DNA of 64,000 bases from positions 31,255,741 to 31,319,740 of the forward strand of contig CM041465.1 of NCBI GenBank assembly GCA_023213395.1. Reading direction: 5' to 3'. This document shows positions 55,491 to 64,000 of the stretch, one piece after another. The stretch is from Cycas panzhihuaensis (Eukaryota > Plantae > Cycadophyta). Position numbers and translations under genes: made by a program. The notes beneath the pieces are model-generated. The model searched no databases, was not told where the DNA came from, and saw only the letters and a program-made list of their open reading frames with translations. The number at the start of each line of letters is the position of its first letter. Position 1 is the stretch's first letter.

Positions 55491-58400
55491 TATTTGGGAA
55501 TATAAAATCATACACAAATATTCCCATATATAGGATCTTTAACCATGCACAACAAGCAACAAATAAAAAAAACAGAAAACAAGTGCATAGTACACAGGAA
55601 TTTACATGGGAAACCTTTTCAGGAAAAAACCCACCACAAAGAGGATCCTTGATGGATCACTTGATTATTGCACAATCAATACTTTGATTGATGAATATAT
55701 AAGGCCTTAAGGTAATTATACTCTCCCAAGAGGTGTCACACGATTAGGGTTGTGACCCTCTGAATAAGTCACACCTTTTGGCTTCGCACACTTTCACTTA
55801 ATTAAACTACATTAACATTAACTAAGTGGCTTAATAATTAACTACCATGTTAGCATCCCCCCTTAATGTGAATGTGGGGAACCTACAATATACAGTAGTT
55901 GAGTTATCACGAAGGCTAGGACTATCCTGTAGCTTCTTTATCCTTGTCGATACAACCCCCCTCAAGGATAACACCAGTAAGTCCTAATCTGGTACGCATC
56001 TTTGTGAATTGATCTTCAGTGAGTGGCTTGGTGAACATGTCTACAAGTTATAATTTACCCATACAATAGTTGACCTGCAACTTCCCTGACTTGATCTATT
56101 CACAAATATAATGGTGTTGAATCTTGATATGCTTCGTACACGTATGAAACTCTGGATTCTTCAACATGCAAATGGTACTCTGATTATCAACAAAGAGAAT
56201 CAGATGTCTATTAGAAACACCAAGAAATTCTAAGAGACCTTCAACCATACTACTTCTTTCACACCAACACTAAGTCCTTGATATTCTACTTCTATAGAAG
56301 ATAATGCCATTGTCTGCTGCTTCTTTGACTACCATGAAACAAATCCATTACCAATCCTAAACAGGTATCCAACAGTGGACTTCCGATCGTTAGAATCTCC
56401 TCCCCAATCAACATCCATGCAGCCATGCAACCTGATCTTCTCACCTCTACGGTATTTAAGACCAATATTGATTGTCCCCTTCAGATATTTTAGAATCCGC
56501 TTTACTGCCACCAAATGAAGCTCCTGAGGATTCTGCATATAGTGGGAAACTAATCCAATAGCATAGGCGATATCTGGCCTAGTATGAGTTAAATAGATAA
56601 GACTCCCTACTATCTGACGATACTTAGTACCACCTACAGAAGGTTGGTCCATGTCCTTCTGCAACCTTACACTTTTTACATATGGTGTTGCAACAGGTTT
56701 GCAGTGCTGCATTCTAAATCTCTCTAGTAAGTTCTTCACATACTATGATTGCAACAATATGATCCTATCTTCTATCTACCTGATTTGAATACCCAAGAAA
56801 TAGTGAAGTTCCTTGAGATCCATCATGTCAAATGAACCTTCCAAATTATATTTGACTTCAGCTATAACATTATCACAATTACCACTGATGATTAGATCAT
56901 CCACATACACCACATAAGCAAGTATGGAAACCCTTCTTCTCTTCACATATAGGTTTGGGTCTAGTTCTGAAATTTCAAAACCTTCAGCTTTCAACTTGGC
57001 ATCCATATTCTTATACCAAGAACGGGGTGCTTGTTTCAGGCCATAGATTGACTTTTTCAGAAGGTAAACAAGATGCTCCTAGCCATTCTTAATGAATCCC
57101 AGAGGTTGTGACATGTATATCTCCTCCTTTAGATCCCCATTAAGGAAAGAGGACTTAACATCCATCTAGTGTAACTCCTAATTTAATGCAGCTGCTAAGG
57201 AAATAAATAAGCAAACTATTATCATTTTGGAGACTAGTGCAAACGTCTCCTCATAGTCAATTCCTTCTTTTTTCTTGAATCCCTGCGCAACAAGTCAGGA
57301 CTTGTACTTGTCCACCTCTCCATCGGAGTGGAACTTTGTCTTATAGACCCACTTGCATCCTACAAGGTTCTTCGATAGAGGGAGTGGAACTAAATCCCAC
57401 GTATTATTCTTTGTCAGAGAACTATACTCTTCCTCCATTGCAACTCTCCGTTGTGGATCTCCTTTCACTTCAGCAAACGAATCAGGATCACTGGAGTCAT
57501 TGGTGTCTACCATCAGAGTTCGACTGGCATGTTGACTTTGGTTTATCTGTTATCAGTTAGGGTTTGCATCACCACACTAAAATCTGCAATAGTTTTCCTT
57601 ACCCATAAAGGTATAAAAGGACTCGTTGCTGGAGGTATTTCTTCTTACAGTGGCTTCTCACTATTACTTGTCCCACTTGATCCTGCTTCCTTAGGTGCTA
57701 CAACGACTAGCTCATCATCCTCTTTACTTAAAGAATCTGGGAATGGGAGAAGGGGAGGGTAAAAAGGTTCCTCTGATGCCTTTTCACCATGATATGCTGA
57801 TGACTCATTAAATTTAACATATCGACTGACTACAATCTTTTCCCCCTATGGATCCCATAGTCTGTAGGCTTTGTTCTCCATGTAATACCCCATGAATATG
57901 CACTTTATATATTTCTGATCCAACTTCTTGCGGGTATCATCTGGGATGTGGGCATTTGCAATACACCTAAACATTTTTAAATGTTTAATGGTAGGATTCT
58001 AACTGGTACATTTCTCTTTGGGGGTCATGCTGCGAACTGCCTGAGCGGGTACCCTATTCAAAATATAAATAGTAGTTGCCACATCTTCTACCCAAAACTT
58101 TGGTGGCAGGTTTTTAGTGTGCACCATACACCTTGCAATCTCCATTATGGTATGGTTCTTTCTTTCAGCAACTCCATTCTGTTATGGGGTATATGGGACT
58201 ATAAACTCCCACTTTATACCATGGTTGCAGTAGAACTGATTGAATGCATGATTGTCATACTCCTTGCCATTATCACTTCATAAAGATTTTATTTTCTTAT
58301 CACTTTCATTTTCAACCATTACTTTCCAATCATGAAAGTGATCAAATATGTCTGACTTGTTCTTGAGAAAATAAACCCAGGATTTCCTAGCGTAATCATC

Positions 58401-61400
58401 CATAAACACAAGTGTATATCGGGATCCTAATATCGAAGGGCTTTGGAGTGGTTCCATAATATCTGAGTGTACAAGCTCCAGCTTCTCCATGCCTCTCTAG
58501 GAATTATTCCAAGCAAAAGGATAGTGGTGATTCTTACCATACATGCACCCTTCGCATATACCATCTGAGTAGGAAACCGACAACAGTCCTTCCACCATAT
58601 TCAACCTCTTCAGTAGTGCAATACTCCTGTAATTAAGATTCCTAAGGCGATTGTGCTATAGTTTACTTCCTTCATCTGCACTGGCAACAAAGGCATAGGA
58701 CTTCTTCTGAGATTGAAATTTCTTAAACACCTAGAAGTTGTCCCTGACTTTCCTAGTAGCTACGATAGCAAAGTTCTATTTTGGGTCTTTTAACAAGTAC
58801 TTATCATTATAGAGCTCCACTTCCATACCTTGTTTGCAGATCTCCCGAGCATATAGAAGGTTCAACTGTATCTTGGATACATAATATACCTTAGAAAACT
58901 TGCTTCCTACAATGGAAACTTTACCAATACCATCTATCATCAACACGCAAGTATCTCCAAGAACGATCTCAACACCACTTTGATTTTCTTTCAATATATC
59001 AAAGTTCTGCCTCTGGTAAGAGATGTGCTTCTACGCTCTAGAATCCAGTACCCAATAGTCTCTCTGATCTGATTTGGCTGACAATGTCTGCGCTTAGACT
59101 TAATGAGCAGCAACATTCTTTCCTTTACCATCCCAATTACCTTTACGCTTATCATGATGCTTGAACCAATAGTTCTTTTTATGGTGACCATCCTTCTTAT
59201 CGTAATTACACTTTCCATTAAACTTCTTCTTGTCTTAAGAGCTTTCTCCATACCGCTGTGTGAACTTCTCCTCCTTAGGGGCATCTTTCCTCTGAGTTTC
59301 CATGGCTAAGGCATGACTTGAACCAGAACCTCCAAGTAATCTATGATATTTTAGCTTGGTATCCTCTTCTAGAATTAGATTTTTAAGCCCATTGAAAGTT
59401 TCTACCTCCATCACTTCATCTCTACCATAAATGGTCTGGAATGTGGCAAATGCATTTGGTAGCTTTGACATGATTATCGTAAATAAAAGCACCACATAGG
59501 TCAAGTTCTGCTTCAATTCTTCTAGCTTGTTCCTCAAGTTAGTTATTTTATTCAGGTAGGAGCTTATATTATTCTCATCTTCAACTTTTGAATTGAGTAG
59601 TTCCAACATCAGTGAAAGACACCTATTCGTCTTCTTCTTCTCAAAAGTATCATACAACTTTGTCCAAATCTTGATTGGGTCATCTAGATTGCGAACCAGT
59701 GCCCTCTAGTCTAGCACTAGTGAAATTTTTAGTAATCCAATGGCCATAAATAACTTCTCTTCAAGTTTGATACGCTCCTTATAGTCAAGTGGTACTGAAA
59801 CTAGCTTCACCTTGGTCATTCCCCAGAGTTAGTTTACCATCAATATAAGCTCCATATTAGCCTTCCATTCGCTAAAATTATTATCGTTAAAGATAGCCTT
59901 AGGCATGAGCTTCTCCATCTCGAATAATAGGCTACAATATGAATCACACGACACCAAACAAATGTATTAAGGATGGAAATGCACCCTTGTGTCCTCCTCT
60001 GCCTCACGAGCATACTTCTAAAGGTGCCCAATATGGATTATATCCACGTTAAGTGAGCCACTGACTGTTTATGTCTCCTTATCCGTCAATAAATGACCTT
60101 AAATAGCCATTAAATGTCATAACTGATACTCATAATGGCTACAAATATGTGCTCCAAAATAAAGTATGGCTCTACACAGTGATAGTGCACAGTCTCCAAG
60201 TTAGAAAACCACAAAAATTGCCTTGATCCATGCTCAAAATGGCTCAAGGATGCTTCAAATACTAAGAAGGTTCTTCACACTATATAAAAATTCATATATC
60301 AATGATATAAAGGGTCACTTTTTATATTTTTACTTTGAGGGAAATATGCCAAAAGGCATATTCCCAATAAATATGACTTTTCAAATAGGGACGTCTACTT
60401 ATCACTAAACCCATGTGCTTGAAATTGACATCAAAATCATATAAACATAAACTAAGGTTTTAACCTTAGTAATAATGATCAAAGAATGCTAATGTAAAGG
60501 CATGGGTGCTGCATTGAATATCCATGAGCTGCACACTAAGAGATGGGCCAGAGGTTGACTATGTGGGGCTACTCTTCTTCACGAACCTGTATACAGTAAG
60601 TATGGCTGAAAAAACATCCCAGCCACCACCAAAGTCACCTAAATAAAGCCCGCACCAGACTTAGGTTAACTTAGATTAGCCACATCCACCATAAGAGGCA
60701 CCCAACAGTCATAGAAAGAGCCCGACCATCTCTAAAAATTGCCCAGCCAACTTAATAAACACTTCAGCACAATATTATATAGTTGTATAATGCCTTATTA
60801 CTATACACAAGTCTCCAAACTACTCATAGACATCCCAACAATTACTTAAAATAAGGATGTAGGCTCAACAAGATGTATACAACAGAGATAGGAGGGCCAC
60901 ACTTCCAATTAAAGACACTATGACTAAAAAAATAGTAGTTTGATATGATGTTCTGTTATACACTCACTCTAATCTTGGTATAGATGGCTGAAAAACATCC
61001 CAAAAAGGCTCTAATCTCTCCCTTATATAAACAAGATGAATGAAATACCATAAAAGGATTGCCCTTTTTTGAGTTTTATGGTATTTTTGGTGAGAAAATG
61101 ACCAACTTACTTATGTACATAAATGGTTGTCCTCAAAGTTGTTGAATCACCATCAATACATGTTTTGCTTGCTTGAATCACTTCAACAGATTATCAACCA
61201 GCTTTGGATGACCCCTAATGAGCCAACTCCAGCCATAAACGTGGTCTTCATGCCTAAATATTGACTCCAATAGCCCTTACACTCCGTTGAATAGTGATCT
61301 CCACTCCAACAATTATTGATTTTTTCTGTGCCTGCTTTTGTGTGATGCTGGGGTTGATGGACCCTCAAGACTCATCTTGGGTTAGACAGCGTCACCCGAT

Positions 61401-61832
61401 AACCAATGATCACACTGCCCCATTCACCGTCAAGCTTTAACTATGCAGGACCTTATCACTCTGATACCATATTCGAGAGTATGAAATTATATAGAAATAT
61501 TCCTATATGCAGGATCTTCAACTATACATAGCAAGAAACAAATAGAAAACATAGAAAACAGGTGCACAGTACACAGGAATTTACGTGGGAAACCTTTTCT
61601 GGAAAAAAACCCACCATAAAGAGGATCCTTGATGGATCACTTGATTATTGCACAATGAATACTTGGATTGATAAATATACAAGGCCTCAAAGCAATTATA
61701 CTCTCTCAAGAGGTATCACACAATTAGGGTTGTGACCTGAATAAGTTATACCTTTTGGCTTCATACCCTTTCACTTAATTAAACCACATTAACATTAACT
61801 AAGTGGCTTAATAATTAACTACCACATTAATA
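55491..61832 (-). mobile_element. Full-length decayed Ty1/Copia element 'C'
   Basis: LTRs 55491-55855 and 61470-61832; PBS ctctgatacca 61459-61469; PPT tcccccc from 55856; exact TSD GTTTT. Confidence 0.95.
55960..59906 (-). pseudogene. Degenerate Copia gag-pol of element C
   Basis: FNDNNFSEWK, LELVHSDI, FMDDYARKSWVYFLK, NLVGCKWVYKTK, VVYVDDLII, YRQIVGSLIYLTHTRPDI, DVDWGGD..DRKST. Confidence 0.93.
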
Positions 61833-62597
61833 GTTTTGATTACTGTGGAGAGTGCACTAGCCTGTAGAAGTTTAAATATATAGAGAAACCATGAAAAAAT
61901 AATAAAAAAATAATAAAAACTTGTAAAATATCAAATAAAACCTCAATATAATTTCTCCAAAGGACTATTGGGTTGAATATGCATGCTATTACTATATAAA
62001 TCTAAAGAAATACTAATTAAATGGAGTATACACACAAAAAAATGGCTAAATATTCAATAAAACTATACAAAACTATTAATAAAACTTTATAAAGTGATGA
62101 AATATTAAATGTTTTTGCTTGCCATGAGTAGCTTTAATAGATCTCATTTTCAAAAAATAATAGATCTTCGCTTGATGCCAAATGAAGCTAACTCAAGAAG
62201 CTTCAAATGTAATCCAAGCTCCAAAATGCTAAGTGAAACCAAGATCTAGATCTGATACTAAATGAAGGTTTGAAATCATGGAGATAGAGAGGAGTAGTAA
62301 CCAATATTCAATCCATTGTAGAGTAAGAGCATAAACTAAATCACATTCTTCAAGCCATGTTTAAGAGTATTATAGATTTCCAAATAGTGGTAGTGTCAAA
62401 AGACACTAGGGTTTATCACCCCATTAAATATATAGTTTGAGGGAGGAGGGAAACCTCCTCAACCTCCAAAATTTAAACAATATTAAAATAATGCTTAACT
62501 CAAGTGAACATCAACCTTACTTGACTTACTTTCATATCTGTGCACTCACATTACAAAAGGTGGGAGTGGGGTGATGAGCATTAACCCCAATATACCA

Positions 62598-64000
62598 TAC
62601 TACCAAAAATCTCTTGAAGGTTTGAGCCTACCTTTGTACCCATTCAATTTTTGGAGTCTAATTTGCGACCTAATTATATACATATTTTTCTACATGATTT
62701 TTAGGATCATTGCCATTCTAAAATATTGAAAATATTATTCATTGTTTCTAAAATCTAATTAGAAATCTTTTACTCAATTCATTCCATAATTTAAAATTAT
62801 TAGCATGGGTATCATACCATGAAAAAACTTGTATTTTTAGGCATAATGGAAATAAGGAATAACAACTTTTTTTTTTGTCATTTATTTTTCAAAAATTGAA
62901 TACAATATTCTAAACATTTTTTTGCTTGGCCTATCTAGCCCCAGAATTTTAGAATTTTTTTAGAAATTTCATTAAAAATATCTATGTTACCTCTAGAATC
63001 TTGTAGGTCTTACTGTACTTCTACTTTATCCTAAAGAATTTAAGGTGGTTTCTCCTTTGAATTTTCTTCTATTCATTCATCTTTTGAAGAGTCAACACAA
63101 TCCTATCATGTAGCAAGAAACTAGTCCTACTTCATCCCATATGTTTTGGAGCTAGTTTATCATATAAGAAGATGACACATTGCTTGGTAATATCAACTGC
63201 AACTAATATTCTATTTCTAAGCATAAACTTACTATAGGTTCTATTTCAATGGCTATAGATAAATCTCTTTCATCATTTTCAATCTTCTTGATCTAAGACC
63301 CATTACAACATAATGATAAAGTTACTACTTTATTACTTGCTAAGTGTATAAAAGTGAACTTCCCCTAGTCTTGAATGGTCTTGGTTGTCAAAATCCATGG
63401 TTTTCCTTGCAATGCAAGGTAGGATTGCCTTTGACTTTGCATACAAACTACCACAAATTCCATGAAAACTATGATTATAGCTACAATGATTGAAATGTTA
63501 ATCAATGTCTCCATTGGTTTAACCCAAAGTTAGTTAATCTAATTGAGTAATTTAGGGTATCTAGCCTTATCAGATCTATCTAAGAAGATTTAGGCAATAT
63601 ATTAACTCTCAATCCTCTATCCAAAATTATTTTACATAAAGTCATTCCTAGGATAACTATAAGAACTCTAGGATCTACCCTATTATCTTTTATTGCCCTC
63701 ATCATTGGCTTCTCAATTTGATCCAAGATTATTTCTTAGAAATAACCAACCTCCTACCACTTAAAAACTACAAAAATGAGAATTGATAGTCCTAATTCTA
63801 TAATCAAATCCTTCATAGCTTGAAGTCTCTGCCAAGGGTTCATACCTTCTTTACTATAAGAGGATGCTTCAGGAACTATTCTTCTTTTATAAGTTTGCCC
63901 TTTAAATCATTGCTCCTCTTGAATATCTTTCTATTGTTCTTCACCCGCGGAAGCTTGAAGAATTTTGACTGCTTCCTAAAGTGTCCACTTTTCAATTACT
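62598..64000 (-). mobile_element. Gypsy gag/protease region; element continues beyond the window
   Basis: Minus strand IILDRGLRVNILP (decayed LDGGSGVNI protease motif) and YLALQGKPWILTTKTIQD*G. Contiguous with 52336-52369 once element J is removed. Confidence 0.8.

Larger units (their letters stand above)
52370..62592 (-). mobile_element. Gag-only (TR-GAG-like) element 'J', interrupted by Copia 'C'
   Basis: LTRs 52370-52700 and 62263-62592; decayed PBS gatctgatacta ~62249-62260; PPT ttctcctcct 52701-52710; flanks TAACA/TACCA. Only gag is present internally. Confidence 0.9.

Noticed and set aside
60540-60602. GPEVD..|gtaagt resembling a kinase (CDPK/SnRK) exon in the leader of Copia C
   Set aside because: The following residues (YVGLLFF) do not match VWSxGVILY; insufficient evidence.

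Overview
Eukaryotic, land-plant-type, repeat-filled DNA with no intact host gene, rRNA, tRNA or CRISPR array. The window is a stack of nested, mostly decayed retroelements. Most boundaries can be read directly from TG..CA LTR ends, tRNA-Met primer-binding sites (PBS), polypurine tracts (PPT) and target-site duplications (TSD). It holds: a full-length L1-clade LINE with RNase H (6952-13069, 16-bp TSD); four two-LTR Ty1/Copia elements (20546-27690, 39837-50764, 41468-46809, 55491-61832); an Athila-like Ty3/Gypsy split into pieces (about 28750-64000); two Gypsy gag remnants; a solo LTR; a 358-bp TRIM; three copies of a gag-only (TR-GAG-like) family; and a 3.5-kb non-coding LTR element (32932-36425). 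The most notable signal is that several Copia-type elements with unrelated LTRs share one leader layout: PBS, variable cargo, AT-rich spacer, conserved hairpin plus CCATAACTT module, then gag. In two of them the cargo holds recognisable host-gene pieces in antisense orientation: the 5' end of proteasome ATPase RPT5 (34667-34795) and an exon-like piece of a C3H6-type CCCH zinc-finger gene (about 1429-1620). Protein identifications come from recalled motifs, not from a database search.
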